NCBI GenBank assembly: GCA_011109175.1 | Contig: RDEW01000002.1 | Coordinates: forward strand, 1,306,676-1,370,675 | From: Dicyema japonicum | Taxonomy: Eukaryota > Animalia > Dicyemida | Direction: 5' to 3' | DNA: 64,000 nt | Shown here: positions 31,023 through 44,229 of the stretch, in pieces | How the letters are laid out: every line of letters begins with the position of its first letter | Position numbering within the stretch: the first letter of the stretch is position 1 | Position numbers and translations under genes: made by a program | The notes under the pieces: generated by a model | The model's input: only the letters and a program-made list of their open reading frames with translations | Databases searched by the model: none | What the model was told of the DNA's origin: nothing

Positions 31023-34000
31023 CAGTAAACTCTCTGATATTTGCCAATTCTCAGATTTGTCATTTGTTAAGAAATATTTTAATTTTAGTTGATATTTGCC
31101 AATTCCGAAATTTGCCAGAATTTTTTTAAGTTTCAAAAAATTACTGAAAATTAAAACAATAAAACTTTATTCGAGTATAATGCCTTTTTGTGATTCTAGT
31201 AGTGAGTATAAAAGATTCAATATCGAACAAAAGTGAAAATATTGCCTTATAAGGAGGCAACAATTTATTAACCTGCCAAATAATTGCCGATAAAGTTTCC
31301 TTTTTGTTTAAAGTGAACATTTGCCGGAGAACAGTTAACGCTATGTTTAAGAGTCTTGAGTCAATTTTGGAACAATTCAAAACTAAAAATTTCTCAACGA
31401 AAATAGTAAAAAGATAAAGTTTTCGCAATTTGATGAAAAGCTTGTTGAGAGGATGGATTCGATGGAAGCAAAAAGTATTCCTAATGTTTTAAAATTTTAA
31501 GGTGCATTGTTGAACGATGCATTAATATCCAGTAAAGCAGAATTCTTCGCTAAGCAACTTTCTCTTGACTATTTAAAAAACTCAAGGATTTTTATCCAAA
31601 TTTAAGAAAAGGCATGGATTTCGGATGAGGAAATTACATGGACAAATGTGCACTGAGAAAAGTATCGATATTGAAGGGTTTCTCAAAGAATTTCAAGAAG
31701 TTTCAAAGTCATATACCTGCGATCAGGTTTATAACCAAGCTTATTCCATCCAGAAGTATCTGCAAAACTCCGTTTGGAGGATACAAAAACTTCAAAGATA
31801 GAGTATCTGTGATGTTATGCAAAAATATGTCTGGAAATCATAATTACAAACATGAAATAGGATCCAAGTTAAGCAAAATTGAAAAGGATCTTCTTGAGAA
31901 CGTTGAAAACGAAGGAGGATGTGGTCCTTATTACATCTATTAGAAGATTTAATGCAAATATTAGAAATATATATAAGAAGTTGAGGTGGTGACGTCCCTC
32001 TATAGCACATATGTCTTTCTCACGTCTAATATCTAACTGCCCTTTTTCTGTGGGTACCCTGAATGTAAGAGGACTCAATCCAACATACAAGAAGCTTCAG
32101 CTGTCACGTAATTTGGATCACTATAAGGTATCAGTATGCTGCCTACAGAAACAAAAATAACTGACAACACATGCATGCGGGTGGGAAATTATCATTTGAT
32201 TACCCTTCCAACGACGTGTCGTCACTATGGACTTGGATTTGCTATTCATCACACATTGTATAGTCGTATATCTCGGATGTGGGTCGTTACAGACAGGATT
32301 GCGGTACTGCAAATCCGGTGGGGAAGCAAACCAAACTCTACAGTGACAATCAGGGCATCTGCCAATCCAGAAGAACTAGACTAATTCTACTCCGCCCTCA
32401 TAAGGGTTTACAACGCCCTCAGTTCTTCATATTTTTGCTTAATTGCCGGGGACTGGAATGCCAAAGCAGGAAAAGCCAGATCTGGAGAAACTTGTATCGG
32501 ATCTCATGGAAGAAATCGGCGAAACACGCCCGGAATGGGATTAATCCACTTTTGCACTTCCTTGGATCTGTTTTTGTGCAATACGGCATTCCCTCACCCA
32601 GCGAGACACAAGACGACGTGGACTGGAACTAGGAAGGATTTGCAAGGAAATTACATAAAAATATATAATCAAATTGACTACATACTATGCAGACGAGGTC
32701 ACAAACATCTCCTCGTAGACTCCAGGTCATATGGAGGATTAGAGACAAATAGTGATCATAAAATTGTGGTTACCGCATTGGACTATACAAAGTCCATAAC
32801 CAAATGAAAACACCTTCCAATAAAAAGCAGGAGCAATATGATATCCAATTATTACAAGTCAACTCAACTAAATCTTGAACTTAATGATATCGACGAAACT
32901 AAACCTGTTCATATTATTTGGGACAAAGTCGATAAAAGGTACAGCATGTGATGTGTTGGGAAGTATTACAAAACACCGTAAATTTTACAATCATGATATT
33001 TGCGTCCTATCAGAAAACCAGAAAGCCTTGAGATTGAAGATAGAAAACTCAAGGTCTCCAGAAAAGGCCAAGGAACTTCGGCAACAACGAAACCGAACAT
33101 TAATCAAGCAAACTCAGAAATCCCTAACGGCTTAAGAAATAGAAAAACAAATTGAAGACATTGAAAAGTATAAAGATGGAGTGAAAATGTTCAAAACTAT
33201 CCAATTAATTAATAAGAAAAAAAATGAAAGCACCATAATAATCAATGACATTTTTGGCAGAATAATTATCGATGAAAAGGACAAAGCAGCTACTATATCT
33301 TCTTATTACTATTATGTGCTCAACTGGGACAACGAAATAGGCTATAAATTTGGTGCACAAGTCAAGCATGGTTTGGAAATCCCAATAAACACACAAGAAA
33401 CACTGGATACAATTAAAAAATTGAAAAATGACAGATCGGCAGGACCAGAGAATATCCCAGCCGAATTTATAAAGTATGCCCCAGTGAAGTTGGTAACAAT
33501 CATTACCAATATACTCAACAAAATATTTGAAGAAAACACTACGTTAGACATTGGCAAGGGATGGTTAATTCCACTGCAAAAACCGGGAAAACCCAAAGGG
33601 CCCCTTTCCAACCTAAGACCAATCATCCTACTAACTACGCTCCGAAAAATCTTTTCAATCATTACATTGGAAAGAATCAAAGACAAGGTGGAGTATTTTC
33701 TGTCGCCAGGACAAAGTGGTTTCCGGTCAGGCAGATTTACTGCCGATGTCATTTGGACACACAGATGGTCAAGTGCTCTATGCCAAAAATATAAAAAGTG
33801 CATAGATGTTCTCGGAGTAGACATGTCCAGAGCGTTTGACTCAGTTCATAGAGGCAAACTTCTTGAAGTACTCATAAGCTTCCTAACAACGGATGATATC
33901 AAAATTATACAAAAACTACTGCAGAATACGCAACTAGCAACCAAACTCGGAAAAACTACTTCAGAATTCTTTTATACTTCACGTGGAATTCCGCAAGGAG

Positions 34001-35137
34001 ACTCTTTGTCACCAGTTCTATTCATAATCTACCTGGAGGCTGCACTGAGAGATTTCAGGCCTTTAATTGAGAACAACAAAATAATCGAGTTAATATTTTC
34101 AGACGATCTTGACTTTGTTTCTGAAGATGTTGAAATTCTTCATCACGTTCTCAAGAACTTACCAAATGCCTTTTCTAAATGGTTCTTAGTTGTCAACCAG
34201 GACAAAACTGAATATACAAAACTTGTACGAGTTGTACGCACTTACGATGAATCATGGAGAAGGCATAAAAAAGTTGGTTCACTACTTGGAGACTCAGAAA
34301 ATGTTACCCACAGAAAAATCCTATCCACTGCTGCATATAAAAAATTCTTAACTATCTGGCGTTTTAAGAAGAGCATAACTTCGAATACAAAGCTAAAATT
34401 GTATAAAACATTCGTGGTTCCAGTCCTGACATACAACTGTGGGACATGGGGGATTACGAAACGGGAAATGGACAATCTGGATCAATTTCATAGAAATCAA
34501 CTAAGAAACATCTTGAGAATACATTTCCCGAAAAAGATATCAAATTCAGAACTGTACAAAAGATGTGGCTTAAGGCCATTATCAGAGGAGATTCTCAAGG
34601 CTAGGTGGAGACTTTTTGGTCACATCTTACAAATGGATATGTTGACTCCACCAAACATTGCAATGGAGAACTATTTCGCAAAACTGAAGGGATCATTCCG
34701 TGGCAGGCCTAGAGTGACGTTGCCTTCAGTACTAAATGATAACCTAATCCGAATAAACAAAACTCTACGAAATGGTGAAGATCTTGACTCACTACGAGCA
34801 ATGGCCCGGAACAGGGGAACATGGAAGAGGATGTGTGGAGGATACTGGACGTGGCACAAGGGGAACTTAATTAATCTAATTAATTTTTGATTTCCCGGAA
34901 GTGCTTAAAAAATAAAGAAGCAAATGGAAATTGAATTTTATTTCGGTAAAATTTAATACTTCACTTTTTTTTAAATAAATTTTTTTTGTAATAATATCAA
35001 ATGTAGTTATTTTCATAGATGAGAAGTTACCCAATAACTATTTTAAAATTATTAATTAAATTCTGAAATTTGCCGATTTCCAAATTTGCCGCAAAAACTG
35101 CTGGAACCAAAATTGGCAAATTTGGGAGAGTTTACTG
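31023..35137 (+). mobile_element. pogo/Tigger DNA transposon, split by an RTE LINE
   Basis: About 27-bp TIRs cagtaaactctctgatatttgccaatt / aattggcaaatttgggagagtttactg with TA on both sides. Transposase remnants FLSKFKKRHG and KDRVSVMLCKNMSG. Confidence 0.88.
31981..34910 (+). mobile_element. RTE-like LINE (APE + RT), nearly full length
   Basis: APE motifs CLQ.TK, GLGFAI, NQIDYIL, SDHKIV. The 569-aa RT ORF has LRPIILL, DMSRAFDSV, GIPQGDSLSP, FSDDL, RWRLFGHIL, RGRPR. Confidence 0.92.
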
Positions 35138-35430
35138 TATGTATCCGAGATAACTATCTGAAAAACTGTTCTCCGACATCATTGAGATAAGTTTTTCTTT
35201 ATTGGAAAAATTACTATCTAAAGACCGAAATTTTAAACCCGAAAACATTTTGAATTACATTATTCTGTATTTTAATAAAGACTTTGATAGTTTTTTATAT
35301 TAAAAAATATTTTTTTGTAGATAAATATCATAAAGTCAAAAAAAGTCAAAATTTTGGAATTTTAAAGTCAGTAAAGTCAAATTTTTAGGTCAAAATTTCC
35401 GATTTATAGTCAAAATAAAAATTCGCTTTA

Positions 35431-36395
35431 GTTATCAGCGTACGCAGGAATGCTCTGCATACAAGCTTTGAGGCCGACCGACAAAAAAACAGGCCGACAG
35501 CAATGGGGCGTATTACCTTTCCACTCTTGTCGAATGCGATTAACTTGGCGGAAAACATTACGTGTCGAATTGTTTCTGGTAGTGTACCTGAGAGCATTCA
35601 GTTCATTAGTTTGGTGATGGCCAACACGAGCCGGACCCCAGAGTTGCCCTTGTTATGAGCAATGAGGTCTTTGAGGTGACCCGGGCGGAGCCCATCTAGT
35701 CCTCCATTGTTGCTCGGGACGAAAGAGAGAATCCCATCTTTTACGTCCTCTTCAGAGACAAATAGATTGGGTAATTGTCTGGGGCAAGGAGGAATCCGGT
35801 GGTCGTTAGGGGGACTTGGGTGTCGCTCAACAAGTGATGCGTAGGACTGTTCAGACGGCTCAATTATACGGTGTTGATCTGCAAGGATCCTCACGGCAGG
35901 ACGGATTCCACATTCCTAAAGTTTTCGACGGATCGCACTTCTTAATTTCTGAGTGTCCGAGATAGTTGATGTTGGCTTCTCATGGTTTTGGGATTTGTAG
36001 GTTAGTTTTTCGGAGTCTGCCAGTAGGTTTCTTGAGAAGAATGTGTGGACATTCTCCTTTACTAATGACGTAAGTGATTTCTCTTCTTTCCCCCTCCTAT
36101 GGGGTATGCATAGTGTGAATGGAGCGAAGCAAAATAATCGTACCCAATCCTCAGAGTCGTTCGAAGAAACTTTTCTTTCAATACACTCACATAGGCAGTC
36201 CGCGACAGATATACGGACAGCTTTGGGGATCCTGATCAGGAGTCTTCATGTGTGTGTCAGGTTTAAGATCAAATCAAGTATTTCCTGAAGGTATAGTGGA
36301 ACATGTTCAGAAGGGTAGCGTAGGGAAAAGTTTGTCGTATTATCTGGTAGGAGACATGACCGACAGTGCCAATCGGAAATGACAGCTAGGGCTCT
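35431..36395 (-). mobile_element. CRE-like retrotransposon 5' part
   Basis: LLIRIPKAVR..WVRLFCFA, HPSPP, GGLDGLRPGHLKDL, SAKLIAFDK..IRPIAVG. Confidence 0.85.
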
Positions 36396-36599
36396 TTTAG
36401 TCATTCTGGAACAGGACATGTGTTAGCCACATGAACAGGCCTTGCAATTGATCATCCACTTTCTTTTGTTCATTATGTTGCATTTTTGCAGATCTCATCT
36501 TCTTTTGCAGTTTTCTGCATGTTCTTTTCTGATTTTCCTTTTTTTCTCTTTTTTTCTTAGCACCACAACTAGTAGCGTGCAAACCAAATTCCCTCAATT

Positions 36600-37840
36600 T
36601 TATTTTATTTATTTAACACCCAAGACCACGGTAAAACCAAAACTAGCTATCACGTGATCCCGATGCGCTCCGCCAAAATCCTCATTCTATCCCGGTGCTC
36701 CTCCCTCGTACCCACACAAGCTCGTACAGGGCGGCTGACTGTATTTGCATGGCCACCTTCCCGCATGCCGGAGTTTTGTTTAATGAGGGCCTCCAGAGTA
36801 GTCGGTCCGGTTCTGTGTCTCCCACAAGACCACCGCTCCGTCATTCTGAAAGCTTTCTTTTGAACGTCCTCAATTTCTTAGTGTTCGTCAGTTATAATGA
36901 AGGTCCCCACGAAGCACACGCGTACGAGAAACATGGTTCGATGTATTGCTTGTAATTGTTCATCAAGACTGGGTTGGTACCTGTCTTCCATATTCCAGAT
37001 AAACATTTCAATACATTGATTTTCTTCTCGCACTTCAGAACAATGTTTGCCACGTGTAGTGACAAGCATAAGTGCGTATCCAGTGTCACGCCCAGTATCT
37101 TCTGACATGCTGAAAGGGATTTCAACGTTGTCCAATTTTAAGGTGACAGTCTTCTTCCCCAACCTTTTGTCCGACGTAAACATAGACGTGACAGACTTTC
37201 TGGAATTTATCGTGACTCGGTTCTTCATTACCCAGGCGTTGAGTCGGTCAAGGTTAATTTGTAATTTTTCTGTAGCATTTTGGATATCCCGATCACGCGG
37301 GGCCAAAACAATGTCGTCTGCATATGTGAGTAGAACATCGTTATTGGATTCCGGTGTCGGGAGGTCTGTCAGGTATAAATTGAATAAGGCGAGGGATAAA
37401 GGAGATCCTTGGGGGACACCGTTTGGGAGAAAACGTGAGACTGATTTCAGTCCTCCGAGGCATACACGTCACCCTTAAGAAATTTGTTATCCAAAGTTTA
37501 AGCTTCCCCAGGATCTCGGACTGGAAAATTTTTTTTGATAATATTTTTTTCGAAATAGAATCAAAGGCCTTGTTAATATCAATGGAACATAAGACTGTTT
37601 TCGAATGCCTTGGTTTGTTTGAAAAACCATCTTTAATGAAGTTGGTTAATCTCTGTAGGTACGTTGATGTAGAACAATCGCTCTTGAATCCGTGTTGAAA
37701 ATCTTTTTCTGGTAAGAAAGCCTTGATTCTCCAAGCACAAGCCTCTCCAGGATTTTCGATGGACATTGGTCTAAATCATGCCGGATTTCCTTAGGTTTTC
37801 CAGGTTTCAGTATAGGTCGGATGTTGGCTTGCTTCCATAT
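36600..37840 (-). mobile_element. APE-RT LINE, RT and 3' end
   Basis: FQHGFK..SIDINKAFD, GVPQGSPLS, YADD, ILGVTLD, YKQYIEPCFSYA; 3' stem and an AT-rich tail. Confidence 0.88.
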
Positions 37841-37849
37841 AAGTTAAAT

Positions 37850-40400
37850 AAAAGAAGAGACAGAGGGGAGATTTGCGGATCCCATTGGGGAGTAGTCTTG
37901 ATTTTGAAGTGGTGCACTTTACGAGAAATGCACTTTACGGCTCTCCAGCTAAACATAAATGGAATTAAAGGAAAAATCAGGGAACTCCGGTCAATCCTGG
38001 CTTGTCAAAAGATTAACGTTGCGATGATTCAAAAGACCAAACTATCTTATAATGACCCTACCCCAACATTCCAGGATCAAAACTATCAGGAAGGACCGTA
38101 GAGCAAAAAGAGGTGGAGGTCTGCTTACTCTATTCAAAAAGAACTTGAAATGCAGAGACATCTCATCGGAAGTGAGGAAACTTGTTGGGGATGATGATGT
38201 AACAGAAATAATTGGAATCTCGCTCGGGACAACGGAAGGAAGACTATGCCTAGTGAATATCTACGTTCCGCCTCCTGATTCCTATCCGAAGAGCTATGTT
38301 ATGCCAAACCTATCAAGACTGTCTTCCTTCGATGAGAACATGATCTGCGGGGATTTGAATGCGAATATGACTGCCAACTCAACTAGCTGACATGAGAGGG
38401 AAACTATTATTATCGCAAACGGATTCCCTAACGATATTGAATGATCCATCGAGAAATACAAGGACACCACTGAGAAAGACAGATAAACCTACCTCACCGG
38501 ACGTAACACTCTGCTCATCGTCGCTTTATTAAAAATTGATTGATCAGACATCTACGAAACAAGTAGCGACCATAATCCAATTTATGGTCAAAATCAAAAG
38601 TGAGGCAAACGTGAGGAGAATTCCTTGCAGCTAAAATTACAAAAGTGCTAACTGGAAATTGTATCGCGAAATCTCAGAAGATAAAATGAAGAATTGTTAG
38701 TTGGATAGCTTCAGTTCTCTGGAGAATGCCATCTTACCCGATAACCTCGATAACCTCGGATATGAAAGTCAGGATCAGAACATTGAATAATGAAATAAAG
38801 GCCACAGAGCTCAAGGCCCAGAGGTTGAAAATTTTCACACATGGAGCACATGAAGTCTGATACACTACCATCACACAGGGACTAAAGAGACTATCAGAAC
38901 CACTCTTCTTTTCGGAGAGAGTTGAGGGATAAAATACATTTCGCAAAAACGACACAATCGACGGACCGGACAACATTCCTATTATTTTATTAAAAAATCT
39001 TGGAGACGGGGGGAGTCACTTTTCTAACGTCGGTTTTCAACTATTTGATTAACCAGAATGTGATATCATTATTATGGAAACAGGCACTAATGCAGTCAAT
39101 ACTAAAACCAGAAAGACGAGAGATGACCCAGCAACTTTTAGACCGGTGTCACTATTATGTTCCATGTCAAAAATCCTGGAGAGGCTTTTGCTCGAGAGAA
39201 TAAAATAATATTTACCAGAGAGGCTTTGTCAACATGGATTCAAAAATGAGAGATCCACGTCTACATATTTGCAAACATTGACCGATTTCATTCGAGTCGG
39301 ATTCACAACCAAGTCGAGACACTTTAAAACAGTGCTATGCTCGATTGACATACATAAAGCTTTTCACTCTCGAGGAAATTCTGTCGAAAAAAATATTTTA
39401 ATCTGAGATCTCAGGGAAGCTAAAGCTTTGGATCACTAATTTCCTAAGTGGATGAAGGGGACGTTTGCCTCGGAGGTCTGAAATCAATCTCACGGCTCCT
39501 CCTCAACGGAGTCCCTCAAAGATCTCCTTTATCCCATGCTCTGTTTAACCTCTTTCTGGCTGATCTCCCGACTCTTGAATCTGATAATGATGTTCTACGT
39601 TCCTATGTGGATGATATTGTGTTGGCTTCGCGAGATCAGGACATCCAGAAGGCTACAGAAAGAATACAAATTAACCTGGACAGGCTTAATGCCTGGATAA
39701 TGGAAAACCGGTTCGTGGTGAATGCAGAGAAGTCGTCCATGTCACTATTTACCTCTGACAAAAAATTGGGAAGGAAGACAGTCACCTTGAAATTAAACAA
39801 GGTCGGCATCCTTTTCAACAGATGTCAAAGGATCTTGGGTGTGACAATTGATATGCATCTCTGTTTGACACCACACGTAGATAACATTCTATTGAAATGC
39901 AAGAAACTGAACGTATTGAAAAGTTTATCGGGAATATGGAAGAGTGGTACTGACCCAGTCTTAATGAACGTGTACAAACAGCACATCGAGCCATGTTTCT
40001 CATATGCATGCGCCTCGTGGAAACCGTCCATATCTTGGACAAATATGAGGAAAATTGGGAAAATGCAAAATAGGGCTTACAGAGTAACGGAGCGTTAAAG
40101 TTGTGAAGATCACCGAACCGGACCTACGCTTCTGGATGCCCTTATGAGACTAGACTCCAGATCACGGGAAAGTGGCCCTGAAAATTCAGGCAGCCGAACC
40201 GGACCTACGCCTCTGGATGCCCTTATGATACTAGACTCCAGATCACAAGAAAGTTGCCTGAAAATTCAGGCAGCCGTCCTGTACGTTCATGCGCGGGCAC
40301 GAAGGAAGAACACCGTGCAAAGATTAGGTCTCTGTTAGAATGCATCAGGATCACGTGATGATTAGTTTGGTCTTACCATGGTCTTGGGTTAAATAAAAAA
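37850..40400 (+). mobile_element. Single-ORF APE-RT LINE (I/Jockey group), degenerate full length
   Basis: LQLNINGI..AMIQKTKL, GGGLL, NIYVPP, GDLNA, SPDVTL, SDHNP, then RT (NGVPQRSPLS, YVDDI) and the 3' stem. Confidence 0.88.
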
Positions 40401-40404
40401 GTCT

Positions 40405-40485
40405 TATTATGCAGTACATCTCTGGCTACCATGGCAACACGTAAAAAACAGGCTGCCCGTAGGTTTCAAGCCACCCATGTGACAG
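40405..40485 (+). repeat. Dispersed terminal-repeat motif ending tgtgaca
   Basis: accatggcaacacgtaaaaaacagg..caagccacccatgtgaca recurs at 54377-54437 (inverted), 55032-55075 and 55232-55277. Confidence 0.7.
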
Positions 40486-40779
40486 CGTTTTCTTAGCTTT
40501 AAGGATCCGCAGGATTCCATCTTTTCTGAGACAAATACTGGAATTTCTTTCCAAATCAGCCATGAATTTGTACAACATACATGCACTTTTATGAGAAATT
40601 TAAACAAGTCCTCCTCCAAGTTTAGCACGATTATATCTAATCTTTCCTTGTTAGCAAGCTTTAAATGTACTTTATACTCTGTTAAAACAATATTTCAGCA
40701 TAAATAGACTCAAATTCCTTCGTTTCAATGTCAATTAAGTCAATATAGTAATTATAATTTTCTTAACTACCCTACGGAA

Positions 40780-41030
40780 ATCATTATCTCGGTCTTAGCA
40801 GAATGAGAGATAAAGTTGAAGAGTTTTCTCTCCTAGTCACTGTGGCTACTGAAATGAAAGATCTACAACGGATGTCAGACGGATTTTGCACTTATAAATT
40901 ATAAAAAAAACGACATATATCCTCTGTTTAGAAATGTCCTGCGCTTTTGATATCATGAACAGAGATAGACTTATGATCGTCCTTGCAGATATTTTGGACA
41001 AGGACCAAGTAAAGATGATGGCGGTAGTTT
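40780..41030 (+). mobile_element. RTE-like RT fragment
   Basis: EMSCAFDIMNRDRLMIVLADILDKDQVKMM. Confidence 0.55.
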
Positions 41031-41204
41031 CCTATCTGTAAAAAATTGAAATTTTTCCGTTTATTGATACAAGCAGGATCGTGGTGATTCTCCAAGATGT
41101 TCTTAACCACCAAAATAATTTCCACCTATTTAAGATTTTGTGATATAAAGTCATTGCCACATTTATAATAAAGTTAGTCGACTTGCATCCAAAAACAATT
41201 GATA

Positions 41205-41550
41205 GGACGGAAAGCGACCGGATGGAGTAATAATCTTTCCGTTCAATGAGGAAAACTGTTGTTTGGAAAAAAAACATGTGTCGACTCTATTCCCCACTAA
41301 CATCATAGGGAGCGCAATAAAGGCACATTCCGCCGCAGGTAAAGAAAAATATACAGGGCTCCTAGACCGATATACCTTTCGGGCGATTGCTGTCGAGACA
41401 ACCGGAGCGATAAGCAGCAATTCACTGGTCTTCATTAAGAAACTCGGACGTATTGCCTCGCCCAAAAACCATGATGACAGCGAAACGTGATGGCTCATCT
41501 CCATAGCGGTCCTGAAGGGACACGTCGCATCAATAAATTCGACGGGAATT
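41205..41550 (+). mobile_element. CRE-like RLE 3' fragment
   Basis: GKRPDGVIIFPF..AIAVETTGAI. Confidence 0.8.
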
Positions 41551-41984
41551 AGATATTTACTTTCTAAAATAATATCTTTATATTCTTTTAATTAGCATAA
41601 AATATTGACAGAAATTATTAATTGATTTAATGGATTATTTACATTGACATAATTTCTAATAATTAGGAATATTGCAGTTATTTGTCCAAATGATGACAAG
41701 GAGTGGATAGTTGTATGCAAGATTAGGTAGACCACAGGAGACTATATAAGAGCCAATGAAAAGTTTTTTCATATAGTGGCCTAATTTTTGAATAGGGAGG
41801 CAATTAAAATTAATTTTTTATGTGAAGGTTACTGGAAGGTATACTTGACAAATCAAATCCGATTATAAATGGTCAAGCAGAAGAATCGACCCTCTAAATA
41901 GTTTGGATACCTTTGACATGAAAAGATTTATATAATTAAAAATAAGTAATAAAAATTAAAATAATAAATTATAAACGTGAAGAA

Positions 41985-42883
41985 ATGACGTTGAATATTG
42001 TAGACTTTATTGCTGGAGGGTTTAGAGTTGTTATAATATAGACTTGGTGGAATGATGGGGGTAATGGTAACATGTCCATTTGAAGTATTAAAAACACGAC
42101 TTCAATCAAGTGGATATAAGAATTACAACATATATTCTGGTAATTCAAAGATTATCTCGGCATTTGCGTAATATTAATAGTTATAAAGTGAAATAGTATG
42201 TAATGAAGGATTTGGGGGATTATTCCGAGGATTGGGAGTAAATCTAATAGGGATTGTGCCATCAAAGTATTATTTATAATAATAAGAGCTATTCACTTTT
42301 ATTCATATTCAGCAGCGAAAAGGTATATTAGTGGAGATGAAATAGCATCAGGAGTACAAGTTGTATTGGCTGCTGCATTTGGAGGTTATCAGTAGTTAAT
42401 AAATGAGGTATTTGCACAGCCACAGTGACAAACCCACTATGGGTAATAAAAACACGAATTCAATTAAAGAATGACTCTATTGTTGGAATTGTAAGAAATA
42501 TAATAAATAAGGAAGGATGGTTAACTCTGTATAGTGGTCTTATGGTGAGTTATTTGAGTGTAAGCGATGCCATCGTCTACTTTGCTGTGTATGAATCATT
42601 TAGAAAGAAATATTTTAAATCTGATTGGTGGGTTTTGCTTGTGTTATCTGGAATATCAAAGTCTGTATCATGTTTGTGTACATATCCATTGGAAGTAATA
42701 CGGACTCGTTTAAGGGAAGAGAATAGTGAGTATAAGACAATGTATAATACAATCCGGGGAATATATTTAAATGAAGGATTACTCTCATTCTATAGAGGAC
42801 TTGGGACTCAATTAATAAGACAGATTCCAAATTCAGCTGTAATGATGATTACTTATGAATATGTTTGTCATATTTGTAAATAA
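41985..42883 (+). CDS. SLC25A33/36: Mitochondrial carrier, pyrimidine-nucleotide type (Rim2 / SLC25A33 / SLC25A36-like)
   Basis: Three carrier motifs TCPFEVLKTRLQSS, TNPLWVIKTRIQL, TYPLEVIRTRLREE, plus QLIRQIPNSAVM. Four introns of 22, 21, 20 and 23 nt. Confidence 0.92.
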
Positions 42884-42905
42884 AGAGTAATTATTATAAA
42901 AATAG

Positions 42906-43653
42906 TTAATTCTTTTGTAGTATTTTAATTCGTTTAAAATAAATTTGATTAAGTTTTGTTAATTTATTAACTGTATTGTTGAGGTGCTTACTAAAAGTAT
43001 CCCTAACTGGTGATTCCTTTAATAATAATGAATATTACATTTATAAATTTAAGTTTCATTTGATTAATAATAGAAAAACTTTCACTATTGCAAACAGAAA
43101 TGAAATCTCTCCATTTATCAGTATCTAAGCCCCAATATTTAACAGATGTAATCTTATTACTATGAGAGTGCATAACAAAGTCTTTAGGACTGAGGAGTCC
43201 ATAGCAAATAGTACAAATAATACATTTATCATATTCACTGTTATATAGATTATCCTCATAATAACCCTTCTGTTCTCCAAAACAATTATGCTTTATCATA
43301 ACAGCACTTTTAGAAGGTGATGGGGCCTTAATGTAATCCTCAATAAAATAATAACATATTCTTTCTGCGTCTGATTTGTTAATCAATCCACAATTTGGTG
43401 CCTCCATTGGTATTACATTTGACTTTTTTAATATTATAAGTTGTTCTGTCGTACATATACTCAGTTCTATATTCATTCTACCACATATTTCATTTATTTT
43501 CTTTAATGATATATCTTTAAGCACTGTATTTAGTAGTACTGACAGTATTAACCTCTTTTCTCCATTCACTACAAAACATGGTATCTCTTCATTTCTAATA
43601 TTTGTATATATTTTTGTTAACGATCCTACTGAAGTAAACCACTCATCCTCCAT
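42906..43653 (-). CDS. SKI/SnoN-like: Ski/SnoN family corepressor (DHD + SAND/SMAD4-binding domain)
   Basis: IPCFVVNGEKRL, CTTEQLIILK, CGLINKSDAERIC, HNCFG, CIICTIC..LSPKDFVMHSH, WGLDTDKWR. One 22-nt intron at 43017-43038. Confidence 0.92.
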
Positions 43654-43749
43654 AAATACATCATTACGAATAATCACTCTTTAGTAGAATTATCATAACG
43701 CCAAAATATCAATAAGGACGTAATAATTCAATATTGATTTCAGGATAAA

Positions 43750-44220
43750 CTTTGTGGTTCTGTTGCCATGCACATTTAAAGTTCACTATTCCCGGATATC
43801 ATTATGGGGATTAATTTATAATTCTTCCTCATTTTACAATCATACCTCCTCACATATTTCCCTACAATGCGATCTCTTCATTGGGAAACCTAGTCATATA
43901 AAGTATCCAAAGACATTACAAGTGTCCTCGAGAACTTGGTATTCCTGAATACTTACACAAATACCCGTCACACACTCTTCTACAATTATAGGAGTAACAT
44001 ATGACACATTGATGTGCTTTACCGTTCACATGAAAAGAACATGTGGAGTCGGTTTTTTTAAATGTTTAAGAAGAGAATTAAAATCAGTTTCGTCTTAGGA
44101 AGACTTTTCCGATTTATGTTGGGCACGTTGGAGGATCAAAGACGTAAGATTACGAATGATCGCGTGCCAAGGATCACCAAATAATTTGACTTTTTCTTGT
44201 CAAATTTCTCGGTGACCCCA
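43750..44220 (-). mobile_element. Possible LTR/integrase remnant, very degenerate
   Basis: Only weak traces (LGFPM..; IELLRPY). Confidence 0.25.
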
Positions 44221-44229
44221 GACATCTTT

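Larger units (their letters stand above)
30463..35430 (+). mobile_element. hAT-like DNA transposon remnant, split by a Tigger element
   Basis: Starts cagggct. Left part encodes VIKAFVVSDIPMHKL..ETD..KYVNFIG. Right part (35140-35290) encodes a hAT dimerisation-like EISFSLLEKLLSKDRNFKPENILNYIILYFN, followed by subterminal aagtcaaa repeats. Confidence 0.6.

Noticed and set aside
41745-41800. Hairpin followed by an Sm-like AATTTTTG and an upstream AG/GTA, as possible SL RNA or U4 snRNA
   Set aside because: No 3' stem-loop or U6-pairing region is evident. AT-rich chance is likely, and the region may be decayed R4-like coding sequence. An Rfam scan would settle it.
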